A stretch of DNA of 64,000 nt, taken from positions 640,001 to 704,000 of the forward strand of contig CAVYGB010000002.1 of NCBI GenBank assembly GCA_963767925.1, read 5' to 3'. Below the pieces are notes generated by a model that was not told where the DNA came from, made no database searches, and worked only from the letters and a program-made list of their open reading frames with translations. This document shows positions 9,775 through 19,287 of the stretch, in pieces. Every line of letters starts with the position of its first letter. Position 1 is the stretch's first letter. This stretch comes from an uncultured delta proteobacterium. GTDB taxonomy: Bacteria > Myxococcota_A > Polyangia > Fen-1088. The position numbers and the translations under genes are program-made.

Positions 9775-10587
9775 ATGGCGAACTTGCAAGCGGTGGAGAG
9801 TGGGGACCGGCGCGTGACGGCGGCAGCGGCGTTCATGCTCCGGTCGCCGGGCTGGCTGTCGGAGCTGTTCCAGTACCTGCCGGCGGCGGTGATGCTGTCG
9901 GTGGGCGCGCTGGGCGGGGCGGCCCTGGCGGGTCGGGGGCCGCAGATCTTGCGCGAGCGCAAGGCGCTGGGCGGGCTGCTGGTGGCGGGGGCGGCGCTGG
10001 GGCTGGCCAAGTGGCAGCTCGACCGGTTCTTCACCGAGCAGCCGGACTTCACGCTGGAGGGCAAGGTCGGCGGCCTCGAGCTGCGGCGCTACCACGCGCG
10101 GGTGGTGGCGGAGACGACGGTCGAGCAGCCGGACTGGGACGAGGCGCTGAACGAGGGGTTTCGCCGGCTGGCCGGGTACATCTTCGGGGCCAACGACGGC
10201 AAGCAGAAGATCGCCATGACCACGCCGGTCAACGCCACCCGGAGCCGGCCCGAGAAGATCGCGATGACCACGCCGGTCACCGCCAGCGCGCAGGCCGGCG
10301 CCGTGACCGTCACCTTCAGCATGCCGAAGGGGCGCGACCTCGCCTCGCTGCCCAGCCCCGTCGACCCGCGCGTACGCCTGCGCGTGCAACCGGCCGGGCG
10401 GGTGGCGGCCCTGCGCTCCCACGGCCGCTACGACGACCGGCGCATCGAGACCCTGAAGGCCGACCTGCTCGCCCGCCTGAACACGGCTGACCTGCAGCCG
10501 ACCGGCCCCGCCCTGTTCGCCGGCTACGATCCCCCGTCCACCCTCCCCTTCCTGCGCCGCCTCGAGGTCTGGGCGCCGATCGCCTGA
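9775..10587 (+). CDS. SOUL heme-binding protein with N-terminal membrane segments
   Basis: ELRRY, GFRRLAGYIFGAN, KIAMTTPV, AGYDPPSTLPFLRRLEV. Confidence 0.85.
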   Translation: MANLQAVESGDRRVTAAAAFMLRSPGWLSELFQYLPAAVMLSVGALGGAALAGRGPQILRERKALGGLLVAGAALGLAKWQLDRFFTEQPDFTLEGKVGGLELRRYHARVVAETTVEQPDWDEALNEGFRRLAGYIFGANDGKQKIAMTTPVNATRSRPEKIAMTTPVTASAQAGAVTVTFSMPKGRDLASLPSPVDPRVRLRVQPAGRVAALRSHGRYDDRRIETLKADLLARLNTADLQPTGPALFAGYDPPSTLPFLRRLEVWAPIA

Positions 10588-10639
10588 CCCGGCTAAAGCT
10601 GACGGCCGGTTCGACACCCCGAACAACGAGGACCCGAAC

Positions 10640-10876
10640 ATGGCAGACAGACCGACCCGAGACGTCGAGAAGGACTACCCGAAGACCGAGCTCATCGCCA
10701 AGCTGCGCCGGCTGGCCGACGCCCTCGAGCAGGGCGAACGCTTCGAGATCCAGATCGCCGGCGAACGCATCCAGGTCCCCGTGCGGGCCAGCTTCAACAT
10801 CGAGCACGAACGCTCGGACGACGAGGAAGAGATCGAGTTCCAGATCAAATGGCGCCGCTCCCCCACCGAACCGTAG
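10640..10876 (+). CDS. Amphi-Trp domain-containing protein
   Basis: KLRRLADALEQGERFEIQIAGERIQVP...EEEIEFQIKW; GAGGA RBS. Confidence 0.75.
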   Translation: MADRPTRDVEKDYPKTELIAKLRRLADALEQGERFEIQIAGERIQVPVRASFNIEHERSDDEEEIEFQIKWRRSPTEP

Positions 10877-10939
10877 CCCCAGGCGCAAACGCCATCACCT
10901 CTACCAGGCGCCGGTCCATCACCGCCCGCAGGCGCCTCT

Positions 10940-11073
10940 CCCTCACCTCTCCCCGCGGTCTGCCGTGGGGAGAGGTCGACGCATCTGCGCGGCGGGTGAG
11001 GGGCCTCCGGCGCGGCAACCGCCCCTCACCCTTGTCCCTCGCCCCACGGCCGCAGACGGCCGCGGGGCGAGGG
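10940..11073. repeat. REP-like palindromic element pair between convergent genes
   Basis: CCCTCACC-CTCTCCCCGCGG/CCGTGGGGAGAGG...GGTGAGGG and CCCTCACCC...CCCTCGCCCCACGGCCG/CGGCCGCGGGGCGAGGG. Confidence 0.7.
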
Positions 11074-11088
11074 CAAACGGAAGGGTCG

Positions 11089-11466
11089 CTAGCCGTTCAT
11101 GAGGGAGATGATGTTGCCGTCGGGGTCCTTGAACCAGGCGGTCTTGAAATCCCCGCTGCTGTGGATGTGGCCCTTGAGCGTGAGCCCGGGGAGGTCGTAG
11201 TGCTCGAAGGTGACGCCCCGATCCGCGAGCCCCTGGACGATCTTCTCGATGTCCTTGCCGACCAGCCAGCTGGCGCCGGTGGCCTTGTTGGTCCCGGCGT
11301 ATTGCGACCGGTACACGATCACCTTCGAGCTGCCGCTCTTGTAGCTGACCGCCTCGTCGCCCTGGCTGTCCACCGGCTTGAGCCCCAGCGTGCCCTCGTA
11401 GAACTTCCGGGCAGCGGCCAGGTCCTTCACCGCGAGCGTGGCGATCGCTTCCTTGTCTCCGAGCAT
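11089..11466 (-). CDS. VOC/glyoxalase family protein
   Basis: LAVKDLAAARKFYEGTLGL...RGVTFEHYD...AWFKDPDGNIISL; GGGAGG RBS. Confidence 0.88.
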   Translation of the reverse strand: MLGDKEAIATLAVKDLAAARKFYEGTLGLKPVDSQGDEAVSYKSGSSKVIVYRSQYAGTNKATGASWLVGKDIEKIVQGLADRGVTFEHYDLPGLTLKGHIHSSGDFKTAWFKDPDGNIISLMNG

Positions 11467-11778
11467 GTCGTTCCTCCCTTCGGGTTTGTCGTCGCCCCGA
11501 TCTTCCCAGGGCGGCGCCGGGCTGACCAACGTTCCCGGCACAATCAGGGTCCCCCGCTACAGAGCACCCAGGTCATGCCGCTGGTTGGCGACCGGCTCGC
11601 CGGTACGACGATCGACCCGCCGCCGGACCGACGCGCCGATCGGTAAATCCCCACCTCCCCGTAGCCCGGGCCCGCCGTGCGAACCGGCGGGGACGCAAGG
11701 ATCGCCGGCGACGCCAACGACTTGACCGGTCCCGGGCGCTCACCGAAACTCCGTCGTCCATTTCCCGGGGAGGGCCAG

Positions 11779-12747
11779 ATGAAGCCATTGTTCGGTGTGT
11801 CGCTGATGTTCTCGATGATCGCCCCTGCCGCGCTGACCGCGGCCCACGCCGGCGCGCCGGCCAGAGCCGCCGAGGGGCAGCAGGCCTGCGACAAGGGTGA
11901 CGGCGCCGCCTGCGCGCGCCTGGCGGAGCAGTACCGGAAGGGCACCGGCGTCGCGAAGGACGACCTGAAGGTGGGCGAGCTGCTGGGCAAGGCCTGCGAG
12001 GCGAAGGAGATGAAGGCCTGCTTCGACCTCGCGAGGCTGGCCTGGAGCGGCGACGTCACCGGGTGGATCGACTGGAAGACCGCCTGGGGCTCCTTCCAGA
12101 AGGGGGTGGAGATCGACAAGGCCAGGGCCCTCGCCCTCCACGAGAAGGCCTGCGCCGGCGGGTCGGCCGCGGGCTGTTACGACCTCGGGCTCATGCACGC
12201 CAACGGCTGGGGCGTCCCCAAGGACGAGACCAAGGCCGCGCAGGCCTACCAGAAGTCGTGCGACGGCGGCGACGCCGCCGGCTGCTACGGCCTGGGCCAG
12301 GCCATCCGCCAGGGCAAGGGCGTGGCCAAGGACGAGGCCCGCGCCCTGCAGGTCTACAAGAAGTCCTGCGACGCCGCCTACGCCCCCGGCTGCTACAAAC
12401 ACGCGTACATGTACGAAGAGGGCCTCAGCGTGGCCAAGAACGACGCCCGCGCCCTGCCCATCTACGAGAAATCCTGCGACCGCGGCGACTCCGGCGCCTG
12501 CGGCAAGGTCGGCGTGATGTACGAAACCGGCCAGGGCGTGGCGAAGAACGAGGCCAAGGCCGCCCGCTACTACCAAAAAGGCTGCGACGGCCGCAACCTG
12601 CGCGGCTGCCACAAGCTCGCCGGCCTCTACGAAAGAGGCCTCGGCGTCTCGAAGGACCCCGCCCGCGCCACCGCCCTCTACCAGGACGCCTGCAACCGCG
12701 GCTTCGCCGACGCCTGCACCACCATCAAACCCCGCTCCCTCAACTGA
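11779..12747 (+). CDS. Sel1-like repeat protein (Hcp-type, paired Cys), exported
   Basis: Repeated GxGVxKDxxxAxxxYxKxCDxGxxxGC units; signal peptide. Confidence 0.88.
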   Translation: MKPLFGVSLMFSMIAPAALTAAHAGAPARAAEGQQACDKGDGAACARLAEQYRKGTGVAKDDLKVGELLGKACEAKEMKACFDLARLAWSGDVTGWIDWKTAWGSFQKGVEIDKARALALHEKACAGGSAAGCYDLGLMHANGWGVPKDETKAAQAYQKSCDGGDAAGCYGLGQAIRQGKGVAKDEARALQVYKKSCDAAYAPGCYKHAYMYEEGLSVAKNDARALPIYEKSCDRGDSGACGKVGVMYETGQGVAKNEAKAARYYQKGCDGRNLRGCHKLAGLYERGLGVSKDPARATALYQDACNRGFADACTTIKPRSLN

Positions 12748-12936
12748 CCCCCCCCCCGGAGAGGGGCGCTCGATCGCAAGAAGGGCCCGGTGAACCGGGC
12801 CCTTCGCCGTTCTCCTCCCGGAGTGGCCTCGAGGTTAGTCGACCAGAACCTACCCGGGACCGAGGCGCTGAGCCGGCAGCGCCGGGATCAACAGAGCGCT
12901 GGTCTCGGGGCGGGGCGCTGGCAAGATAGGTGGATC

Positions 12937-14991
12937 GTGAAGGTCCAACGTCTCGCTGTCGCCGTTGCTGCGCTCTGCTGGTCTCTCGTCGCGCCGGGGG
13001 GGCTGGCGCGGGCGGCGCCGCGGGCGCTGGCGGTGGCGGACCTGATCACCGCCGTCCGGGTGGGCAGCCCGACGCTGTCGCCCGATGGGAAGCTTGTGGT
13101 CTACTCCGTCACCACCACCGACGGCGACTCGCTGGCGCGGGTGGCCCACCTCTGGGTGGTGCCGGCCGACGGCAGCGCGCCGCCGCGGCAGCTCACCGCC
13201 GGGGACAAGGGGGAGAGCGACCCGGCGTTTTCACCCGACGGGCGCGAGCTGGCCTTCATCGCCGATCGGAGCGGCACCCCGCAGGTGCACCTGATGCGGG
13301 TGGACGGCGGCGAGGCGCGCCGGCTGACCTCGGTCGCCACCGGCGTGCAGGGGCCCCTGCGCTGGTCGCCCGACGGCGCCCGCCTGGCGTTCGTCAGCGA
13401 CGTGTTTCCGCCCTGCACCACCGACGGTTGCAACAAGCAGCGCCAGGAGGCCAGGGAGAAGGGGCCGGTGGTGCACCACGCCCGCCGCCTGCTGTTTCGC
13501 CACTGGCGGGACTGGCGCACGGACGTCCGGCACCACGTCCTGGTGACCGAGGTGGCCGGCGGCGCCACCCGCGACGTCACCCCGGGTGACTTCGATTCGC
13601 CCCCGTTCTTCAACGAGGGGGGCAACCTGACCTTCTCGCCGGACGGCAAGGAGCTCTGCTTCGTCTCCAACCGCGACGGCCCCGACGAGGAGGCCTGGTC
13701 GACCAACCACGACCTGTGGACAGTCCCCGTCACCGGCGGCGCGGCCGTCCGGCGGACCAGCGGCAAGGGCGCCGACCTGGAGCCGCACTACACCCCCGAC
13801 GGGCGGCACATCGTGTTTCGCTCGCAGGCCCGCGCCGGGTTCGAGGCCGATCGCTGGCGGATCGTGACCCTCGACCGCAAGAGCGGCGCCACAAAGGTGC
13901 TGTTCGAGACGCCCGATCTGTCGGCCCACGACCTGCGCCTCACCCGGGACGGCCGCACCGTCCTGTTCACCGCCGACCAGGGCGGCCGGCTGAACCTGTT
14001 CGCCGTCGAGGTGGCCGGCGGAACGCCGCGGCTGGTCCGGCAGGGGGGATCGTTCCACGACGTGGTCCCCACCCCCGACGGACGCCAGGCGGTTGTGGCG
14101 CTGTCGACCTTCACCGCGCCGGCCGACCTGTTCCGGATCTCGCTGGTCGGGCAGGAGGCCCCCGTGCGGCTGACCGACCACAACCGCCGCTGGCTGGCCG
14201 ACGTGGCCATCCCGGCCCCCGAGGTGATGACCGTGAAAGGCGCGGGCGGCGCCGACGTGATGTCCTGGCTGTTCACCCCGCCCGGCTTCGAGCGCGGCCG
14301 CCGCTACCCGGTCGTGTTCCTGATCCACGGCGGGCCGCAGGGCGCCTGGTCGGACGCCTGGTCCTACCGCTGGAACCCCGCCCTCTGGGCCGCGCAGGGC
14401 TGGGTGGTGGTGGCCCCCAACCCGCGCGGGTCGACCGGCTTCGGCCAGCGCTTCGTCGACGAGATCTCGCGCGACTGGTCGGGCAAGGTGATGGAGGACC
14501 TCGCCGCCGTATTCGACGCCGCCGTCAAGAAGCCCTTCATCGATCCGCGCCGCCAGGCCATCGCCGGGGCCAGCTACGGCGGCTACGCCGTCAACTGGCT
14601 GATCGGCCAGAGCGACCGCTTCCGCGCCGCCGTCAGCCACGCCGGCCTGTGGAACCTGGAGTCGATGGCCGCCACGACCGAGGAGCTGTGGTTCACCGAG
14701 TGGGAGTTCGGCGGGCCCGCCCACGCCCCCGCCGTGCAGGAGCACCTCCGCCGCGCCTCACCCCACCGCTTCGCCGAGCGGATCAAGACCCCCACCCTGG
14801 TGATCAGCAACGACCTCGACTTCCGCGTCCCGGTCGACCAGGGCCTCCAGCTCTTCACCACCTTGCGCCGCCGGGGCATCGCCGCCGAGCTGATGACCTT
14901 CCCCACCGAAGGCCACTGGGTCCTCTCTCCCCGCAACTCCCGCTACTGGCACGAGCAGACCTTCGCCTGGCTCCACCGCTGGCTGAAGTGA
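12937..14991 (+). CDS. S9 family peptidase (acylaminoacyl/dipeptidyl peptidase) with PD40 propeller
   Basis: SPDG repeats, IHGGPQGAW, NPRGSTGFG, GASYGG nucleophile, DFRVP, EGHWV. Confidence 0.92.
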   Translation: MKVQRLAVAVAALCWSLVAPGGLARAAPRALAVADLITAVRVGSPTLSPDGKLVVYSVTTTDGDSLARVAHLWVVPADGSAPPRQLTAGDKGESDPAFSPDGRELAFIADRSGTPQVHLMRVDGGEARRLTSVATGVQGPLRWSPDGARLAFVSDVFPPCTTDGCNKQRQEAREKGPVVHHARRLLFRHWRDWRTDVRHHVLVTEVAGGATRDVTPGDFDSPPFFNEGGNLTFSPDGKELCFVSNRDGPDEEAWSTNHDLWTVPVTGGAAVRRTSGKGADLEPHYTPDGRHIVFRSQARAGFEADRWRIVTLDRKSGATKVLFETPDLSAHDLRLTRDGRTVLFTADQGGRLNLFAVEVAGGTPRLVRQGGSFHDVVPTPDGRQAVVALSTFTAPADLFRISLVGQEAPVRLTDHNRRWLADVAIPAPEVMTVKGAGGADVMSWLFTPPGFERGRRYPVVFLIHGGPQGAWSDAWSYRWNPALWAAQGWVVVAPNPRGSTGFGQRFVDEISRDWSGKVMEDLAAVFDAAVKKPFIDPRRQAIAGASYGGYAVNWLIGQSDRFRAAVSHAGLWNLESMAATTEELWFTEWEFGGPAHAPAVQEHLRRASPHRFAERIKTPTLVISNDLDFRVPVDQGLQLFTTLRRRGIAAELMTFPTEGHWVLSPRNSRYWHEQTFAWLHRWLK

Positions 14992-15225
14992 TCGCCGCCG
15001 CGTCGGTCGCCCCTCTCGCTACCAGCGTCCATCGGGCGGCGCGTAGGCGTCGCTGGCGTCGGGCCCGGGCTGGCAGCGAGGCGGTCGACAAGGGCACGGA
15101 CGGCGGCGGGGCGAGGGGGACGGGGCGGTTCCTCGGCGGCAGAGATGACTGGCCGCATTGTGCGACTTGGTGTGACGGAGGGTGGGTGGGGGTCACTTGT
15201 CTCCGGTCTTCCCTGAGGGTTTCGT

Positions 15226-15890
15226 ATGTCCGCGCGTCACGCAATCGTTCTCGCTAACCTGGTGCTCCTGGCGGCGGTCGCCGCGGCAAGTGCTTGCAGC
15301 ACCGGCGAAAAGCCGGGGTCCGGCCCGCCGGGCGAGCCGGCCGGTCAGGCGGGCAGCGGCGGCCGGGGCGGAGGCGCCGGCGATGGCGGCGGCGGCGCGG
15401 GGACGGCGGGGGTGCGACGTCGGCCCCGGCACCGCCGAGGAGCTGAACCTGGTGACCGCCCCCGGCCAGAACTTCGGCTGGAACGGCACCCGCGTCGGCC
15501 CCTGCGCCACCTGCGCCGGCCTCACCAACCCCATCTCCACCTACCGCATCTCCAGCGACCCCTACGAGGGCGACGGCAACCCGGTCTGGGAGGCGCGCCC
15601 CCGCCGCTCGGTCTGGGTTGGCGTGCAATACGAGGACTGCGGCAACGACCGCTACGGCGGCGCCATGACCGGCGTCTACCTCTTCGGCGACCTGTTCGCC
15701 GGCTGGGTGCGCGGCGCGGTCATCGACGACGCCGGCAAGAAGATCGCCGACCCCCCTGGCCGACATGCCCGCCCTGTCCGCCTGGGCCCAGGGCCCCGAC
15801 GGCTACCTCTACGCCCTGCGCTTCGGCAACTACGGCGACCACCTCACCGGCCATCAGATCGGCATCTACCGCGTCGAGCGCGCGCCGTAG
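15226..15890 (+). pseudogene. PQQ-dependent glucose/sorbosone dehydrogenase-like lipoprotein, internally deleted and frameshifted
   Basis: Lipoprotein signal and Gly linker (frame 1) joined to DVG..EELNLV..GQNFGW and YLFGD (frame 2), then QGPDGYLY...IYRVE* (frame 3). Confidence 0.65.
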
Positions 15891-15946
15891 CGCACGTTCG
15901 CGCGCGAAGCACGGGCCCCCATCCCGTCCGGTCATCGCGAGCCAAA

Positions 15947-16025
15947 CGGGAACAACACCCCTCTCGCACAGGGGACACAACTCTCCCGCACGGGGGACAT
16001 CACCTCTCCCGCACGGGAAAACCAC
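15947..16025. repeat. Degenerate 20-23 bp tandem repeat
   Basis: CTCTC(C)CGCAC(G/A)GGG...AC units at about 15961, 15981 and 16004. Confidence 0.5.
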
Positions 16026-16412
16026 GCCCACGAATCCGAGCAGCGATTCGAGCGACCGGTCACCCCTTGATCAGGGGCCACGCCGACGGCGATCGAGCGC
16101 GCGCCCGTCGGCCTTCGACCTCGGCGCGCAGACGATGCGTCGAGGCATCTGCGAGCTGTTTTGATGAAAGGCGCGCTCTCCGTACTCCGACTAACCGGCG
16201 GGCAACGGCAGGGACCGAACCGGACCTCCGCAGAACTGGCCTGGATCACAGATGTGCGCGCATACTTCAAACAGCGACGGATGCAGGGCGATCGGCGATG
16301 CTGTGCGGATCGAACGCGCGGGCCACGTGGGACATGTAGGCAAATTGGCGGCCTCGTTTCGGAGGACGCGCGTTGGTGCACGAGACCACTTAGATAGAAG
16401 CGAGGTTCGCCA

Positions 16413-16784
16413 ATGAAGAGACCAGCGTTCGTCCTGATGCTCGTGCTGCTGTCGGCCGCCTGTGCCCACCGGAGGGTGGCCGCCCCCTCGGCGGACCCGG
16501 CGGCGGCGGTCACGGCGACCGAGCAGCAGCTGGCGAAACACGCGGCGGCGCTGATGGCTCCCGAGGCGACCGAGAAGCCCGATTGCGCCAGCGCCCGCAC
16601 CTTGCGCGACAACGTCTGCACGCTGGGCCAGCGGGTCTGCCTCCTCGTCGACGGGGATCAGGCCATCCCCGACGGGGCCATCCGCTGCAAGAAGGCCAGC
16701 CTCCAGTGTCAGAAGGCGAGCACCCACGCCACCGGGACCTGCCGCAAGCCCAAGGCCAGCAAGCCGAGATACTCCCGCCGATAG
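16413..16784 (+). CDS. Cys-rich hypothetical lipoprotein
   Basis: Lipobox LSAAC; several spaced Cys; GAGG RBS. Confidence 0.7.
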   Translation: MKRPAFVLMLVLLSAACAHRRVAAPSADPAAAVTATEQQLAKHAAALMAPEATEKPDCASARTLRDNVCTLGQRVCLLVDGDQAIPDGAIRCKKASLQCQKASTHATGTCRKPKASKPRYSRR

Positions 16785-16918
16785 GGCCGCGCGCCCCGAG
16801 GCAGCTCCCTCCTGAGGGAGATCCTTCCCGGGCCCTGCCCGCGCGCTCCGGCCAGCGGTCCCGGACGAGCCGCCCGTCCCGGAGCGGCCCGACCGGAACG
16901 CGCCCGCGCGCGCCGGAG

Positions 16919-17155
16919 TCAGCGGCGGCCCAGGCGGGCGAGCAGGTAGCCGAGCGTCAGCGCGCCGGCCAGGGCCTTGCCCGGATGCTTGCGCGCCAGG
17001 GACAGGCCCTTCTCGCCGTACGGCCGCAGATCGTTCGAGAGCCGACCCATCTGCCTGGCGTACGGCTTCATCCACTTCGACAGCCGGTGTAGCTGGTCGC
17101 CGAACTGGTCCTGAAGATCATGCGTCACGTCGCCGAACCTCTGCAAAGTCGTCAT
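16919..17155 (-). CDS. Small tail-anchored protein (ElaB/DUF883-like)
   Basis: C-terminal RKHPGKALAGALTLGYLLARLGRR; GGAGG RBS. Confidence 0.65.
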   Translation of the reverse strand: MTTLQRFGDVTHDLQDQFGDQLHRLSKWMKPYARQMGRLSNDLRPYGEKGLSLARKHPGKALAGALTLGYLLARLGRR

Positions 17156-17269
17156 AGGTGTTCCTCCGTTGCGCTGGTGTCCCGCCAATGTGGGTCTCCA
17201 GGTCAGCCGATCCAGGGAGAAAAAGCGTGGGTCGGCAATAACCCGTAAAACGTCCAACGCGTCCCGCGA

Positions 17270-18898
17270 TCAGGTCGCCGTCTGACCGGCGGTCGTCTCC
17301 CCCTTGCCCCCCTTGGCGAACAGCACCGGGCCGCCGGGCGGTGGCTCGGTCCAGCGGCCGCGGCCCCAGGAGAGGGCGGCGGGCCAGTCGCCGGGCGTGG
17401 GCGGAGGCTGGGCGAGCTGGGCGCTGATGGCGGCGGACGTGGCGGGGAGGAAGGGGGCGAGGGCCAGGCCGGTGATCCGGACCGCCTCGATGGCGTGGTA
17501 CAGGACCGCGGCGAGGCGGGCGCCCGCGGCCTCGGCAGCGGGGGAGTCGGCGGCGGCGGCGCGGGCCAGGGTCCAGGGGGCCGTCTGCTCGAGGTAGCGG
17601 TTGGCGCCGGCGACGCACTCGAAGACCGCGGCCAGCGCCTCGTCGGCGGCGTGGCCGGCGAGCGCGCCCTCGAGGCGGCCGGGCAGCGCTTGCAGATGGG
17701 CGCGCAGGGCGTGGTCGGGGGCCTCGTCCGTCCCGGCGCGCGGGGGGTGCCGGGACCAGCTCCGCTGCACGAGGGTGATCGTCCGGCGCACCAGGTTGCC
17801 GAGCTGATCGGCCAGCTCGGCGTCGCGCGCGCCGACCAGCCGGGCCTCGCTGAAGTCGGTGTCCTCGAAGGGGCGGATGTGGCGCAGCAGGTAGTGGCGC
17901 ACGGCCTCGGTGCCGTGGCGGGCGACCAGCGCCTCGGGATCGACGGCGTTGCCCAGCGACTTTCCGATCTTCCGTCCGTCGACGGTGAGGTAGCCGTGCA
18001 CCAGCAGATCGCTGGGCAGCGGCAGGCCCGCCGACAGCAGGATGGCCGGCCAGTGGACGGCGTGAAAGCGGAGGATGCCCTTGCCCAGGACGTGCAGGCG
18101 GCCCCCAGCGCCGGCCCAGAACCGCCGGTAGGCCGGGGCGTCGCCGGTCCAGCCGAGCGTGTTCACGTAGCTCGAGAGCGCATCGAACCAGACGTAGACC
18201 ACCTGCCCGGGATCGCCGGGGACCGGGATGCCCCAGCCGCGCGCCCGCCCGCGCGCCCGCGACACGCTGATGTCCTCGAGCCCGCCCGCGAGGAACCCCA
18301 GCACCTCGTTGCGCCGCGAGCGGGGGGCGATCTGCAGGTGGCCCGCCTCGATCAGGCGCAGGAGGGGATCCCGGTAGCGCGACAGGCGGAAGAACCAGTT
18401 CTCCTCCTCGACCACCTCGGGGGCGGTGCCGTGTTCGGGGCAGCGGCCGTCGGTGAGGTCGGCGGCGTCGAAGAACCCTTCGCAGCCGACACAATACAGC
18501 CCGCGGTAGGGACGCCGGTACAGGTCGCCCGCGCGCAAGCAGGCGCGCCACAGCGCCTCGACCCCCGCGCGGTGGCGGGGGTCGGCGCCGGTGTGAATGA
18601 AGTCGTCGTACGACAGGTCGAGGGCCCGGCCGAGCGCCAGGAACCGCCCCGCGTTCTCCGCCACCAGCGCCTGGGGCGACACCTGCGCCCGCTCGGCCGC
18701 CTGCACGTTCTTCAGGCTGTTGTCGTCGGTGCCGCTCTGCAGGTGCACGGGCCGCCCACGCAGGCGCTGGTAGCGCGCGAGCGCATCGGCCAGCACCGCC
18801 TCGTAGGCGAAGCCGACGTGGGGGGCGGCGTTCACGTAGGGGATGGCGGTGCTGATGTAGAAGGGCTGGCAGAGAGACGGGGCAGCGTTCGCGTTCAT
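17270..18898 (-). CDS. metG: Methionine--tRNA ligase (short form, no C-terminal dimerisation domain)
   Basis: FYISTAIPYVNAAPHVGF, SGTDDN, YCVGCEGF..CPEH knuckle, EENWFFRLS, WGIPVP, YVWFDAL, FHAVHWPA, HGYL, KIGKSLGN. Confidence 0.93.
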   Translation of the reverse strand: MNANAAPSLCQPFYISTAIPYVNAAPHVGFAYEAVLADALARYQRLRGRPVHLQSGTDDNSLKNVQAAERAQVSPQALVAENAGRFLALGRALDLSYDDFIHTGADPRHRAGVEALWRACLRAGDLYRRPYRGLYCVGCEGFFDAADLTDGRCPEHGTAPEVVEEENWFFRLSRYRDPLLRLIEAGHLQIAPRSRRNEVLGFLAGGLEDISVSRARGRARGWGIPVPGDPGQVVYVWFDALSSYVNTLGWTGDAPAYRRFWAGAGGRLHVLGKGILRFHAVHWPAILLSAGLPLPSDLLVHGYLTVDGRKIGKSLGNAVDPEALVARHGTEAVRHYLLRHIRPFEDTDFSEARLVGARDAELADQLGNLVRRTITLVQRSWSRHPPRAGTDEAPDHALRAHLQALPGRLEGALAGHAADEALAAVFECVAGANRYLEQTAPWTLARAAAADSPAAEAAGARLAAVLYHAIEAVRITGLALAPFLPATSAAISAQLAQPPPTPGDWPAALSWGRGRWTEPPPGGPVLFAKGGKGETTAGQTAT

Positions 18899-18899
18899 G

Positions 18900-18993
18900 G
18901 TGGTCCTCCTCGGGGAAGGCCCGGGCACAGCCGAGGACCACGGCGGCACGACCAGACGCGCCCCGGGTCCCCGACGGCGACCCGGGCGTCTGG
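18900..18993 (-). promoter_or_regulatory. Putative translational attenuator: hairpin 1 plus SD-sequestering hairpin
   Basis: Inverted repeats 18952-18969/18979-18993, and GTGGTCCTC (18900-18908)/GAGGACCAC (18933-18941) overlapping the metG SD GGAGG (18905-18909). Confidence 0.7.
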
Positions 18994-19007
18994 CTGGCTC
19001 GTTGCGC

Positions 19008-19085
19008 TCAGCTCATCGGCCGCACGGGTGCACCGCGCATGGTCATGCGCATGGACATCCGGCGGCGAGAGCAGTGAACGGTCAC
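19008..19085 (-). CDS. Putative Met-rich leader peptide of metG
   Basis: (V/M)TVHCSRRR-MSMRMTMRGAPVRPMS*; alternative ATG start at 19058; five ATG codons; TGCTATCTT -10-like box at 19096-19104. Confidence 0.7.
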   Translation of the reverse strand: MTVHCSRRRMSMRMTMRGAPVRPMS

Positions 19086-19287
19086 GATCGGCTCGAAGAT
19101 AGCAGAAGCAGCGGCGGAGAAGCGAGGGCGCCAGATCCGGCGCGGGCCGTAGGGCGACGGAAGCGGTGGGTGGCCGTCCGCCCGACGGCCTTGTATTGTC
19201 GCCTCCCATCACATGCCCATACGATTGTTTCCCCGCGAGATCTCCCCGTCGACCCGTTCGGGGCGCCCCTGATGACCGAGGCCGCTC

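Noticed and set aside
10207..10278. Duplicated KIAMTTPV in the SOUL protein
   Set aside because: This duplication is common in bacterial SOUL proteins
15947..16025. Possible mini-CRISPR or iteron set
   Set aside because: Only about three degenerate units, no spacers and no rep gene
18900..19110. T-box or SAM riboswitch upstream of metG
   Set aside because: No T-box UGGNACC antiterminator consensus, S-box core or U-tailed terminator seen; the leader-peptide model fits better
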